A stretch of DNA of 64,000 bases from an uncultured bacterium (GTDB taxonomy: Bacteria; Chloroflexota; UBA5177; JANWHV01): the NCBI GenBank assembly GCA_963729625.1, contig CAVSOU010000008.1, forward strand, positions 1-64,000, given 5' to 3'. Made by a program: the position numbers and the translations under genes. Below, piece after piece: positions 18,875-29,150 of the stretch; within the stretch, counting starts at the first letter, position 1, and every line of letters starts with the position of its first letter. Below the pieces are notes generated by a model, which was given only the letters and a program-made list of their open reading frames with translations, ran no database searches and was not told the DNA's origin.

Positions 18875-20392
18875 CTACACCTGCTTGCGGGCCCGGTACT
18901 GCAGCGCTTCCGCCGCATGGATGGCCCTGATCTGCTCCGCTCCCGCCAGGTCGGCGATCGTCCGCGCCAGCTTCAGCGTGCGATGGTAGGCCCGTGCGCT
19001 CAGGTGCAGCTGCTGCATCGCCGACTTCAGCAGCCCCTGCGCCGCCTGGTCCGTCGTGCAGTACTTCCGTACCTCGCTCGGCCCCATGTCCGCATTGCTG
19101 ACCATGGCCGTGCCCGCAAACCGCGCCTGCTGCCGCTCCCGCGCTCCCTGCACCCGCGCCCGAACCGCCCGAGACGGCTCGCTCTCCCCTTGCCCCGTCA
19201 GCTTGTCGTACTGCACCCGCGGTACCTCGACGTGAATGTCGATGCGGTCCAGCAGCGGCCCGGACAGCCGGTGCTGGTACTTGGCGATGGTCGCCGGCGA
19301 ACACGTGCACTCCCGCACGCTGTCCCCCGCGTACCCGCACGGGCACGGGTTCATCGCGCCTACCAGCATGAACTTGGCCGGAAAGGTGACCGATCCGTTG
19401 ACCCGGCTGATGGTCACGGTGCCGTCCTCCAGCGGCTGGCGCAGCACCTCCAGCCCGGCCTGGCCGAACTCCGGCAGCTCGTCCAGAAACAGCACCCCGC
19501 GGTGCGCCAGCGAGATCTCGCCCGGCCGCGGCCAGCGCCCGCCCCCCACCAGCCCGGCGTTGCTGATCGTGTAGTGCGGTGCCCGAAACGGCCGCTCCCG
19601 CACCATCGGCTGGTCCGAGGAGAGCATCCCGGCCACCGAGAAGATCTTCGTCGCCTCCAGACTCTCCTCCGCCGTCATCCGCGGCAGAATACCCGGCAGC
19701 GCCCGCGCCAATAGCGTCTTGCCTGCTCCGGGCGCGCCGAACATCAGCACGTTGTGCCCGCCCGCCGCCGCTACTTCCAGCGCCCGCTTCACGTGCTCCT
19801 GCCCCCGCACAGCGGCGAAGTCGGAGGCCACCGCAGGCTCCACGTCCAGGTCGAGCGCCAGCGGCTCCGCCGCCGCGATCGGCCGGTCGCCCCGCAGGTG
19901 CCCCACCAGCGCCGCCAGATGCTCCACCGGGATGATCGTCACCCCCTCCACCAGCGCCGCTTCCTGCGCGTCCACCGCCGGCACGAACACGGTGGTGATG
20001 CCGTGCTCGCGCGCCAGGGCGACCATCGGCAGGATGCCATTGGTGTGGCGCAGTGCCCCATCCAGTCCCAGCTCGCCCAGGAACAGGCAGCCCGTGTCGT
20101 CGAAGACGATCTGCTCCATGGCCCGCAGCACGCCCACGGCCATCGGCAGGTCATAGGAGGGGCCTTCCTTCCGGATGTCTGCCGGGGCCAGATTGACCGT
20201 GATACGCTTGAGCGGAAACGCCAGGCCCGAATTCCTGATTGCAGCCCGCACCCGCTCCTTGGCCTCGTTTACCGCCGCGTCGGGCAGGCCGACGATGGTG
20301 AAGGCCGGTAAGCCGTTGGCGAGATCGACTTCCACCTGCACAAGCGCGCCGTCCAGGCCGACCACCGCGCACGACAGCACCATCGCCAGCAT
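18875..20392 (-). CDS. comM: ComM/YifB Mg-chelatase-like AAA+ ATPase (intact)
   Basis: IVGLPDAAVNEAKERVR, ITVNLAPA, Walker A GAPGAGKT, PFRAPH, LFLDELPEF, NPCPCG, SGPLLDRID, LKLARTIADL. Confidence 0.96.
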   Translation of the reverse strand: MLAMVLSCAVVGLDGALVQVEVDLANGLPAFTIVGLPDAAVNEAKERVRAAIRNSGLAFPLKRITVNLAPADIRKEGPSYDLPMAVGVLRAMEQIVFDDTGCLFLGELGLDGALRHTNGILPMVALAREHGITTVFVPAVDAQEAALVEGVTIIPVEHLAALVGHLRGDRPIAAAEPLALDLDVEPAVASDFAAVRGQEHVKRALEVAAAGGHNVLMFGAPGAGKTLLARALPGILPRMTAEESLEATKIFSVAGMLSSDQPMVRERPFRAPHYTISNAGLVGGGRWPRPGEISLAHRGVLFLDELPEFGQAGLEVLRQPLEDGTVTISRVNGSVTFPAKFMLVGAMNPCPCGYAGDSVRECTCSPATIAKYQHRLSGPLLDRIDIHVEVPRVQYDKLTGQGESEPSRAVRARVQGARERQQARFAGTAMVSNADMGPSEVRKYCTTDQAAQGLLKSAMQQLHLSARAYHRTLKLARTIADLAGAEQIRAIHAAEALQYRARKQV

Positions 20393-20434
20393 CAGGTCGC
20401 TTCCTCCCTGCTACGCGACGGAGTGTAGCACACC

Positions 20435-20749
20435 CTATTCCCGGCTGCGGAGGATCGTAGCGAGCACCCTCGGGTCGCGTCGGCCATGGAGCACGGCGAC
20501 CACCCACAGCGGCTTCTCATCAGGCGCGTAGGCGATGAGATAGTCGTACAGCCGCACGAAGCGCAAGGACTGCGACATCAGATCTGGACGTCGATGCCCC
20601 TGATGCGGAAAGGGGACGAGGTTCCGTATTCGCTCGAAGATCTCGTCCACCACCCGGTCCGCGGCGTCGGGGCCATCCGGTGCGATATAGGCGTGAATCT
20701 CGCGCAGATCCTGCAACACTCCAGGATGGAGCCCGTACCGCATCTTCAT
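20435..20749 (-). CDS. RelE/ParE family toxin
   Basis: QDLREIHAYIAPDGPDAADRV, FPHQGHRRPDL, YLIAY, VVAVLHGRRD. Confidence 0.9.
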   Translation of the reverse strand: MKMRYGLHPGVLQDLREIHAYIAPDGPDAADRVVDEIFERIRNLVPFPHQGHRRPDLMSQSLRFVRLYDYLIAYAPDEKPLWVVAVLHGRRDPRVLATILRSRE

Positions 20750-20994
20750 GCTGTGCGTGTACGCTTTGCCGCGAATTCACCTTTCAAGAGGGCATGGGCT
20801 TCTTCGCCATCAATGGGTTGGACTCTTCCACTCTTGAGGTCGTCGTAGCGGCGATCCAGCAGCTGGCGCACATCCGAAAGGGCCGCGAAGTACCCGGTCA
20901 TGGCTTCCGCGAAGAGCTCGTCTAGCGGGCGTCCGGTGTCGGTGACCCAGCGATCGATCTTGGCTTGCAGGTCGGCAGTGAGGTGTATTTCCAT
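20746..20994 (-). CDS. Antitoxin (ParD-like) of the RelE/ParE pair
   Basis: 82 aa, ATGA overlap with toxin, C-terminus DDLKSGRVQPIDGEEA; RBS GGAGG. Confidence 0.8.
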   Translation of the reverse strand: MEIHLTADLQAKIDRWVTDTGRPLDELFAEAMTGYFAALSDVRQLLDRRYDDLKSGRVQPIDGEEAHALLKGEFAAKRTRTA

Positions 20995-21096
20995 ATCCTG
21001 GTACCTCCACTCCACATCAATTTCTCTCCATCGTATTCTCTCCATCGTAGCACGGCACGTGCGGCTACGGCCTCTCGACGGTCCACAGGTACACTG

Positions 21097-21506
21097 CGCC
21101 CGCCCGCCGCCGCCACCTCCAGCGCCCGCTTCACGTGCTCCTGCCCCCGCTCGGCAGCAAGGTCGGAGGCCACCGCAGGCTCCACGTCGAGGTCGAGTGC
21201 CAGCGGCTGGGCCGGCGCGATCGGCGCCTCGCCCCGCAGGTGCCCCACCAGTGCCGCCAGGTGCTCCACCGGGATGATCGTCACCCCCTCCACCAGGGCC
21301 GCGTGCTGCGCGTCCACCGCCGGCACGAACACGGTGGTGATGCCGTGCTCCCGCGCCAGCGCTACCATCGGCAGGATGCCGTTGGTGTGGCGCAATGTGC
21401 CGTCCAGACCCAATTCACCCAGGAACAGGCTGCCCGTGTCGTCGAAGACGATCTGCTCCATGGCCCGCAGCACCCCCACGGCCATCGGCAGGTCGTAGGA
21501 CGGGCC
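21097..21506 (-). repeat. comM: comM fragment D (about codons 77-212)
   Basis: GPSYDLPMAVGVLRAMEQ...ALEVAAAGG, then diverges (RSVPV). Confidence 0.92.
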
Positions 21507-21726
21507 CTACGTCCAGAATTACCCATACCTGCTGCAACGGTCCGCAAATGATGGTCGGTGGGGGCGCGGCCCTGCACGAGTTGCAGTTATGTCGGATAGT
21601 TCCTATGGTCGCTGTCATCAGCGAAAATGGGTATCGAGACCGGTTCGGCTCACCCGGCAGCGAGTTGATTGCGCAGGGCACCCTAACGCCTGCTCACCAC
21701 TATCAAGCGCGTGCACCGTGCGTCTC

Positions 21727-22040
21727 CTAACCCCATTCGGTCAGCAATCGGCCCTCAGGAGAGAACTTCTGGATGTGATCCTTTGTGGCTACGTAGACGA
21801 CGCCCTGCTGGTCAACGGCGATACCCGTGGCAGCATTCTCGTCGCCGAATGGTCCGCTCTTCCATGCTATCAGCTGGCGCCCATCCGCTGATAGCTTGAC
21901 TACCCGACTTGCACCGGTGTCGGTAACGTACACGTTGCCGTGGCTGTCGACCGCGACGTCAATAGGTCTGCGGAATCGGCCTTCACCTCCCCACTGAGCG
22001 AGCAGGTGCCCGGAGGCAGAGTACACCAGAACGCGGTTGC
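21727..22040 (-). pseudogene. NHL-repeat protein fragment
   Basis: FRRPIDVAVDSHGNVYVTDTG, GIAVDQQGVVYVA, IQKFSPEGRLLTEWG; no clear N-terminus. Confidence 0.7.
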
Positions 22041-22223
22041 CACGCTAAGGCAAACTGTAGCGGGTGTACGCTACATGCCTCATATCGTACTTGAGAATGT
22101 GGTGCTACATTCGGTACGGTTCACAGTGGTGCCTAGGCGAAAACCAAAGGAGGGGTTGGACTCGACGGTAGGCTTTCCTGCGGAACCCGCCGTCGCCAGC
22201 GCCGGTCCCAGACACGACGGAGG

Positions 22224-23123
22224 TTGACTCGTATGCGGGGAACAACGGCACGTCGGCTATTGACTGTATCGGTGTTGGCAATCCCCCTGTCGCTTGCTGG
22301 TCAGAGTCACGCTCGTAGCTCAGTCGCGAGTCACCTGCGGTCGCCGATTGTTGCGAAGCGCGTCCACTCAACCGTGACGGGCGTGCAGAACATCTTCAAT
22401 AATATGAACATCGGAGGCGTGGGCAACGGCCCGACCTCTCCCACCGTCTTCACCATAGCTCGGCCATTTATGATCACGCTGATCATGGACTACCACTGGA
22501 ACAATGGGCGTGGCCAGCCGGGCGGCACCATTGCCCTGCGATCGGCGGGCGGCAGGGTCTACGGCCCTTGGAAGGTACTCACCAGTGGCGGTCAAGGCGG
22601 CGCACCGAACGTCACCTGGACTGCCCGGCCGTACGTGGTCATTCCGGCGGGGACCTATATGGTGATCGACTCGGCCCCAGCTACCTGGTCTCAGAACGCC
22701 GAGTCCGGGGGCAGGGGGTTCTCCATGGTCCAGGGGGCACCGGCCAATACGCCCAGGGTGAAGCCGACCGCCACACCTGCCGCCCCGCCGACCGCGATTC
22801 CGGCCCAGCGGTTGCATTTCTCTGCATCGGTATCGAAAAGCGTGGCCGAGAGCAACGCCGCCGTCCTCCGCATCGCCGGTTATCTCGATTCCGGGAAGCT
22901 GCAAGCCTTCGTCGACGCACTCTCGCTGCACGATCGCGCGCTCTTGGGGCATACGGTCCGCATGTCGGTCGAGACCGCCGCCAGGGTTGGTCGTGCCATG
23001 AGGATCGCGCGAGTAACCGCAGCGTCGGTGGATTTCGTCTTCTACAGTCTGATCGTCGACGGGACGACATACACCTTTGATACGATCAAGGAGGCAGGTT
23101 CGTGGAAACTAAACGAGTTCTAG
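22224..23123 (+). CDS. Secreted hypothetical protein (beta-rich domain, Pro/Thr linker, C-terminal domain)
   Basis: Signal-like N-terminus; YHWNNGRG, GTYMVIDS.PATWSQN; PTATPAAPPT linker. Confidence 0.7.
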   Translation: MTRMRGTTARRLLTVSVLAIPLSLAGQSHARSSVASHLRSPIVAKRVHSTVTGVQNIFNNMNIGGVGNGPTSPTVFTIARPFMITLIMDYHWNNGRGQPGGTIALRSAGGRVYGPWKVLTSGGQGGAPNVTWTARPYVVIPAGTYMVIDSAPATWSQNAESGGRGFSMVQGAPANTPRVKPTATPAAPPTAIPAQRLHFSASVSKSVAESNAAVLRIAGYLDSGKLQAFVDALSLHDRALLGHTVRMSVETAARVGRAMRIARVTAASVDFVFYSLIVDGTTYTFDTIKEAGSWKLNEF

Positions 23124-24640
23124 TCCTGTCCCCGTTCATCGCCCTGGTGCTTCTGCTGCCGGGACGGGCAGCCGCCTACGACGACGCGCTTGAGGGCGCC
23201 CCGCACGGCACGATCAACTCGCTGGCGATCAAGATGTTTGAAACGCATATCATGCCTGCCGACAAGTACCTCAAGACCGCCTCGCTCAACGGTTTTTCTA
23301 CGGCAGGTATCGCTTGGGACGCTTCCGACGGCAGCAGACTGACCCCTCCGGAAATCGCCGTGCAAAGGAGAAAACACCTGAAGGACTGGATAATTGACGG
23401 GGGTTATTCGGCAGATGAGCCGGAAGCAACGATGGCTCTCGCCCACTTCTATGATCCCAAGGCTCCCGCAGGGCAGCACTACCTCACCGATCAACAGTTT
23501 CTCGTAAACTTCGTGAGCCACTATAACAGCGAGTACGCTAATCCGGGCATCGATGCCGTGCAATGGGCGTTCCATGGCGAGAACTGGGGCACGGCCTTCG
23601 ATCAGAAGTATTCCTGGGCAGACGGGAAGGACTACCTCACACAAGCCCTCGCGAGTCCGGACGCGGGAAATGTGAACTATGGCCAGGCATGGCGCTCCCT
23701 GGGAGAGACGATGCACCTGATGGCGGACATGACCGTACCCGCGCATGTGCGGAATGACGGCCATGCCAAAGCATTGGGCGATCCAGATCCCTACGAGAGC
23801 AGCACGACGGGTAAGTTGGTCGCCGCCAATGCCGGGTACACGCCCGCGCCACTCGATTATGGCCAGAGTCCCGAGCAGCTGATGATCAGCGTAGCGGCCT
23901 ACGTGAACACCAACTTTCTCTCACAGGACACAATCCCGCTCCCGCCCGGCATCAGCAGCCCCTGGCACAAATACGCTCTGCCTTCCATCGACGGGCTGAC
24001 TCCGGATAGCAAAGGCTACCTGCACCGCACGATCAATGGCCGGGATATTCGCATAGCGAAAACCAGATCCCTTTGGTCGAAGCTGTTCGCTACCGGCCAG
24101 CAGTTGTATATGGTCGACAGCAACGTCGTCGACGACCAGCGGACAATCCTTGTACCGACCGCGATCAAGGCGGACGAGATGCTGGTGAGCAAGTTCCTGC
24201 CGCGCTTCAAGGTGACCGCTACGGTGGTTCCAGCCGAGAACGAGTACACCATGGTGGGTGGTATACGCGGCGTCTTTAGCGGCGAATGGCCGGCGATAGA
24301 CACGGCGAAGGTGCGCAACGGCGCCAGGATCATGATCACCGACGGCAAGACAGGTGGGATTACCAAGATCCAGGTCCAGCTCATCGATCCGTCAAAGGAC
24401 TTCAACTCGTTCAGCTATGGCTTCAAGGCGAAGCCCGGCGACAGCGTGAGGCTGGAATACGATCTCGGCGGTTATGTCGTGCGATCGAGCACGATCAAGC
24501 TTGCCGCAACCGACTGCCCCGACAACCTCGATCCCACGAGCCCGATGTACATACTTTGCCATCACAACCCGGGAACACCGGTCATCGAACCACCACCGGG
24601 GTCTATAGCCTCCCCGGTGCCGACGTCAAACCCTGGGTAG
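23102..24640 (+). CDS. Secreted Zn-dependent phospholipase C/P1-nuclease-like protein
   Basis: Signal peptide; HGTINSLAI, HFYDP, LGETMHLMADMTVPAHVRNDGH, DPYE. Confidence 0.7.
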   Translation: METKRVLVLSPFIALVLLLPGRAAAYDDALEGAPHGTINSLAIKMFETHIMPADKYLKTASLNGFSTAGIAWDASDGSRLTPPEIAVQRRKHLKDWIIDGGYSADEPEATMALAHFYDPKAPAGQHYLTDQQFLVNFVSHYNSEYANPGIDAVQWAFHGENWGTAFDQKYSWADGKDYLTQALASPDAGNVNYGQAWRSLGETMHLMADMTVPAHVRNDGHAKALGDPDPYESSTTGKLVAANAGYTPAPLDYGQSPEQLMISVAAYVNTNFLSQDTIPLPPGISSPWHKYALPSIDGLTPDSKGYLHRTINGRDIRIAKTRSLWSKLFATGQQLYMVDSNVVDDQRTILVPTAIKADEMLVSKFLPRFKVTATVVPAENEYTMVGGIRGVFSGEWPAIDTAKVRNGARIMITDGKTGGITKIQVQLIDPSKDFNSFSYGFKAKPGDSVRLEYDLGGYVVRSSTIKLAATDCPDNLDPTSPMYILCHHNPGTPVIEPPPGSIASPVPTSNPG

Positions 24641-24706
24641 GTGCGCCAGGTTGCGGTGCAGCGGCCTAGCCGGGGAGGCGCCCGGCGGTGTATGCTGCTC
24701 ACCGTG

Positions 24707-25447
24707 TCAACGCTGAAGCGCACCATCGATGACGGCGCGGATCACGGGACATGACGTGGTTGCAAGACCGAACTCCGGCGCGCGTAGCGCTCCCCCCATG
24801 AAGACATTTTCACGGCGAAACCGCATGTTGCTTTCCGAGGGCATGAGCGCCGCAAAATGAATCTCCGAAGCGCCACTTTCGCGCACGATCCGGGCCACGT
24901 TGCGCGGCGTAATTCCCCCACCCGGCATCACGATCAGGCGTGACCCGGCCCGACCAACAAGTTCGGTAATGACCGAGAGTCCTTCAAGCACGCTGTCTTC
25001 CTGTCCGGAGGTGAGAACGCGCTCCACGCCGAGGTCGACGAGCGTTTCGAGCGATTCGAAGGGATCTTTCGCCATATCAAACGCACGATGGAATGTGACG
25101 GCAAGCGGCCGCGCAGCATCGATCAGCAGCCTGCTTCGTGCCGCGTCGATCCGTCCATCCTCCGTCAGCAAACCGATCACCACGCCATCAGCGCCCTCGG
25201 CGCGCGCCGTCTGCACGTCGGTACGCATCACGGCAAATTCATCGTCGGAGTAGAGAAAATCGCCACCGCGAGGGCGTATCATCACATGCAGCCCGATGCC
25301 GTCAACCGAGCGCGCGCGCCGAATCAGGCCGACGCTCGGCGTCGTCCCACCCTCAAGCAGATTCGCACAGAGTTCAACCCGATGTGCTCCGGCTTCACGT
25401 GCGGCGCGAACACCTTCGGTAGAGTCGACACAGATCTCAAAACGCAT
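24707..25447 (-). CDS. cutC: Copper homeostasis protein CutC
   Basis: EICVDS, RVELC..L.EGGTTPS, MIRPRGGDF, TFHRAFD, RVLTSG. Confidence 0.93.
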   Translation of the reverse strand: MRFEICVDSTEGVRAAREAGAHRVELCANLLEGGTTPSVGLIRRARSVDGIGLHVMIRPRGGDFLYSDDEFAVMRTDVQTARAEGADGVVIGLLTEDGRIDAARSRLLIDAARPLAVTFHRAFDMAKDPFESLETLVDLGVERVLTSGQEDSVLEGLSVITELVGRAGSRLIVMPGGGITPRNVARIVRESGASEIHFAALMPSESNMRFRRENVFMGGALRAPEFGLATTSCPVIRAVIDGALQR

Positions 25448-25617
25448 GGGGACACCTCTCTTCGCTTTTCAATGGCGGCACACTATCCGCCCGATACACG
25501 CTGGACGGCGAGAATGATCAGCAGCAGACCGGCGAATGCGACGGCTAGCACGGCGCGAGGGACAGTTCCCCCGGAGTGGACGACGGCGAACACGGCGATC
25601 GCTAACAGCAGCACGCC

Positions 25618-25848
25618 TCATGGAGAGCCTGAGACCTCCACGGCGGCCGTGCCGGACTCTGCTCCTTCAATCTGGACCGGCCTCGTCAGCACGACCTGCT
25701 CTGTATACTGGCGCTGGCGCACTTGAATAGGCGCTCCAGGCTGGGCAACTTCAAGTGCCGCGCCAATAGTCGTGAGATCACCGGTGCCTGATGGGCAGAC
25801 CACGATGCACTTTCCCGCGTGCCTGCCATCCGCCACAGAATTGCTCAT
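25618..25848 (-). pseudogene. N-terminal stub of a parallel beta-helix (pectinesterase-like) protein
   Basis: IVVCPSGTGDLTTIGAALEVAQPGAPIQVR..QYTEQVVLTRPVQIEG, then stop. Confidence 0.55.
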
Positions 25849-26014
25849 GACCAAACTCGCTGACACTTCACCGAGCCGCGACCACCATCACGTGCCGGCA
25901 TGCAGATAGAGGACGCTCCGTCATCCAGTATGAACGAACTGGTGCCCGCCTGCTGTGTCCTTGCGTACATTTCATCGCATGTTCGTGCGCTCGACTCGGA
26001 GTTGCTGCAATACC

Positions 26015-26525
26015 TGCGCCCATGTCCGAGCAGGTGATCCGTCGGTATCCGCAGTCTCGGCAGCCCCGTGCGCTGCCATTTTGCCAACAACAGCAGCGAA
26101 TCACAATGCACTTGAAAGCATACTCATGTGATGCTGAAAGCTCACCGACAATACCGCCAATCCCAGCAATCCGAACGGTACGCATGTCAGGCCTCCACCT
26201 CCGTCGCCGCACCACCTTATAGAAAGGAGCCCCGGGCGTCCTCATCGATGCTCGCCTGCTTCGCCCAGCAAGGGCACGACGCCACGCTTGTCCTGCTGAC
26301 CCAGCCGTTGAACCGAGTCCTCGCCCACCACATCCTGCACGTCCGCGACCACTGCCTGCGTGCGCCGACGCGTCACACGAGCAAGCACCTTGATGGAATC
26401 TGGACGCTGATACTCCGCGTATGGCGCGCGCAGAGCTGCCAGCACCTGATCTCTTATGGACTCAACGGGCGCCGGACTGGCACCATCCAGCGTGAAGGCT
26501 CGTCCTGTCCGATGCGTGATTGTAT
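26015..26525 (-). repeat. Conserved non-comM segment (copy 2), split by 350 extra bp
   Basis: 26015-26141 and 26489-26525 match 17942-18102; AGC at both boundaries of the extra DNA. Confidence 0.75.
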
Positions 26526-27232
26526 TCACAACATCAGCACATTGTGCCCGCCCGCCGCCGCTACTTCCAGCGCCCGCTTCACGTGCTCCTGCCCCCGCAC
26601 AGCGGCGAAGTCGGAGGCCACCGCGGGCTCCACGTCCAGGTCGAGTGCCAGCGGCTGGGCCGGCGCGATCGGCCTTTCGCCCCGCAGGTGCCCCACCAGT
26701 GCCGCCAGGTGCTCCACTGGAATGATCGTCACCCCCTCCACCAGGGCCGCCTCCTGCGCGTCCACCGCCGGCACGAATACCGTGGTGATGCCGTGCTCGC
26801 GCGCCAGGGCGACCATCGGCAGAATGCCATTGGTGTGGCGCAGTGCCCCATCCAGTCCCAGCTCGCCCAGGAACAGGCTCCGGGGACCCTCGGGATGATC
26901 GTCGAAGACGACCTGCTCGCCGGCCCGCAACACCCCCACCGCCATCGGCAGGTCATAGGACGGGCCTTCCTTCCGGATGTCTGCCGGGGCCAGATTGACC
27001 GTGATGCGCTTGAGCGGAAACGCCAGGCCCGAATTCCTGATTGCAGCCCGCACCCGCTCCTTGGCCTCGTTGACCGCTGCATCGGGCAGGCCGACGATGG
27101 TGAAGGCAGGGAGACCGTTGGCCAGGTCTACCTCGACCTGCACGAGCGCGCCGTCCAGGCCGACCACCGCGCACGACAGCACCATCGCCAGTATCGGGTC
27201 GCTACCTCACTGCTGCGCGATGGGGTGTAGCA
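26526..27232 (-). pseudogene. comM: comM fragment E (leader plus codons 1-217, start codon ATA) ending GHNVLML*
   Basis: ORF 26526..27185 is near-identical to the ComM N-terminal half; small insertion HPEGPR; stops just before Walker A. Confidence 0.93.
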
Positions 27233-27309
27233 CAGGGCTGCTGCCCAGAGTGGGGGACTATACGGGCTTGACGGCCTTGGCAGCGCGATTGGGCGCAGGA
27301 ACGTTGGGG

Positions 27310-27526
27310 GCATCTCGGTCAGATCCAGAGGCGCTCTGCCCGACAGCAAGACGCAGAATTGCAGCTCCCCGCCCAACGCCGCGACGTAGGTGGCCACGGT
27401 GGCGACGCGAATGTCCGGATTGCTCTCGGTCTGGCGCACTCAGTCCGCGCTGACGCCTAGCCGCTCGGCCATCTGAGTCTCGCTCAGGCCAGCTGCGCGC
27501 CGCTGGCCGTCCCAATTCTCAGCCAT
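27310..27526 (-). pseudogene. HigA-like XRE antitoxin remnant with internal stop
   Basis: RRAAGLSETQMAERLGVSAD*VRQTESNPDIRVATVATYVAALGGEL. Confidence 0.72.
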
Positions 27527-27704
27527 CACGGCCGCGCGCCCGGCCCAGCACGGCCGCCATGCGCAAGAATCTCGGCCAAATCCCGCGCTAGTCCTGCGTA
27601 GGGCACCCAAACGGGCGATAGACGATCCCGGTGGACCACCCTAGAGTAGTGCCGATATGGGCCACCGCGCATGATGAACTTGAGCTTGTCAGGAGGATCT
27701 GACC

Positions 27705-28100
27705 ATGATGACCAGCGCGAAGACTACCTACGGCATCAGGATGACGGTCTCGGGGTTTGTCCGGCCTGAAGAAATGGTGACCGGATATGCTGCGCTTAAG
27801 CGGCTGGCCCGATCGGTCAGAAGCTATGCATTGCTCGTCGACAAACGTGAAGCGAAGCCATATTCTCCACAGACAGCCGCGATCGTGGAAGAGAACATGG
27901 CGTGGCTGGCATACAATGGCATGGGTCGGTGGGCGGTACTATGCCCCGACCAGATTACAGCAATGCAGACCTCCCGCCTCACGAGGAAGTCTGGAATCGC
28001 GGCTGCCGGCCGCTATTTTGGCGCCGATGATCCTGACTGGGAACGAAAAGCGTTGCAGTGGCTGGGGCATGGCACTGAGTCGGAGGACATGACGGCGTAA
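27705..28100 (+). CDS. Hypothetical protein, STAS/SEC14-like
   Basis: RBS AGGAGG; MTVSGFVRPEEM, LLVDKRE..P, NGMGRWAVL, AMQ..RL. Confidence 0.55.
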   Translation: MMTSAKTTYGIRMTVSGFVRPEEMVTGYAALKRLARSVRSYALLVDKREAKPYSPQTAAIVEENMAWLAYNGMGRWAVLCPDQITAMQTSRLTRKSGIAAAGRYFGADDPDWERKALQWLGHGTESEDMTA

Positions 28101-28159
28101 GACGCCAGCGCCGCACACGAGGGCAGGACAGGGGACGCAGTCTGAAATGGAGCTGGGCC

Positions 28160-28894
28160 ATGAGGATCCATCACGCTGAGTCCGAGAAGCAACTCGGCCT
28201 GCTTGCGGCGGCTGACGCCGCTGCCTCCATACGTCGCGCGCTGACCGAAAGGCACGTCGGACGCATCGTGCTTGCCACCGGTGCCTCGCAGTTCACCATG
28301 CTCTCGGCGCTGGTCGCACAGCCGGATATCGACTGGTCGAACGTGACTATGTTTCACCTTGACGAGTATCTCGGCTTGCCGCCAGGCCACCCCGCGAGCT
28401 TTCGACACTACTTGCAGCAGCGCTTCATCGGCAAGGCGCATCCTGGCAACGCCGTCCTGATCGATGCCGAGGCCGACCCAGCCGACGAATGCCGGCGCCT
28501 CGGCATGCTGGTTCGAGAGGCGCCAATCGATGCTGCCTTTGTCGGCATCGGGGAGAATGGCCATCTGGCCTTCAACGATCCTCCTGCCGATTTCCAGATC
28601 GACGACCCCTTCATCGTCGTGGATCTGGATGTGACATGCCGCACACAGCAGGTGGCAGAAGGGTGGTTCCCGACGCTTGCGGACGTGCCCGTGCGGGCCA
28701 TTTCCATGTCCATTCAGCAGATCCTCCGCGCACGGCAGATCTTCTGCGCGGTACCGGGCCCACGAAAGGCGGAAGCCGTGCGAGCCTGCGTGGAGGAAGA
28801 GGTATCACCCTGGCATCCGGCATCCATTCTGCGCCGGCATGCCAGTGTCGATCTGTACCTGGACCAGGCGAGCGCCGCGCTGCTCGGACGGTAG
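28160..28894 (+). CDS. nagB: Glucosamine-6-phosphate deaminase family protein
   Basis: LATGASQ, FHLDEYLGL, GIGENGHLAFNDP, PASILRRH. Confidence 0.88.
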   Translation: MRIHHAESEKQLGLLAAADAAASIRRALTERHVGRIVLATGASQFTMLSALVAQPDIDWSNVTMFHLDEYLGLPPGHPASFRHYLQQRFIGKAHPGNAVLIDAEADPADECRRLGMLVREAPIDAAFVGIGENGHLAFNDPPADFQIDDPFIVVDLDVTCRTQQVAEGWFPTLADVPVRAISMSIQQILRARQIFCAVPGPRKAEAVRACVEEEVSPWHPASILRRHASVDLYLDQASAALLGR

Positions 28895-29150
28895 CTGGGG
28901 CGGCGCGCATCCACCTGGACTGCGCGGCGGTTGCCGCCAATTCCTTATCGCTTCAACCAGAGTGCCGTGTACTGAGACAAACATCCTATTCACCTGTGGT
29001 ACGCAATCTGCTATAGTGACTGTAGTGAAGCAAATATGAGTTCACTCTGAGTGTATTCCCGGTGTGAAATCGCGCGGGGGCTTGCCGAGGGGCTGGGGCC
29101 ATCCGCCGTCGCTCGCGACCGCGATCGGGCGAGAGAAAGGAGGTACGAGG

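Noticed and set aside
18875-20392. Photosynthetic Mg-chelatase subunit (BchI/ChlI)
   Set aside because: The N-terminal VGLPD/NLAPA domain and NPCPCG identify ComM/YifB; no bch genes nearby
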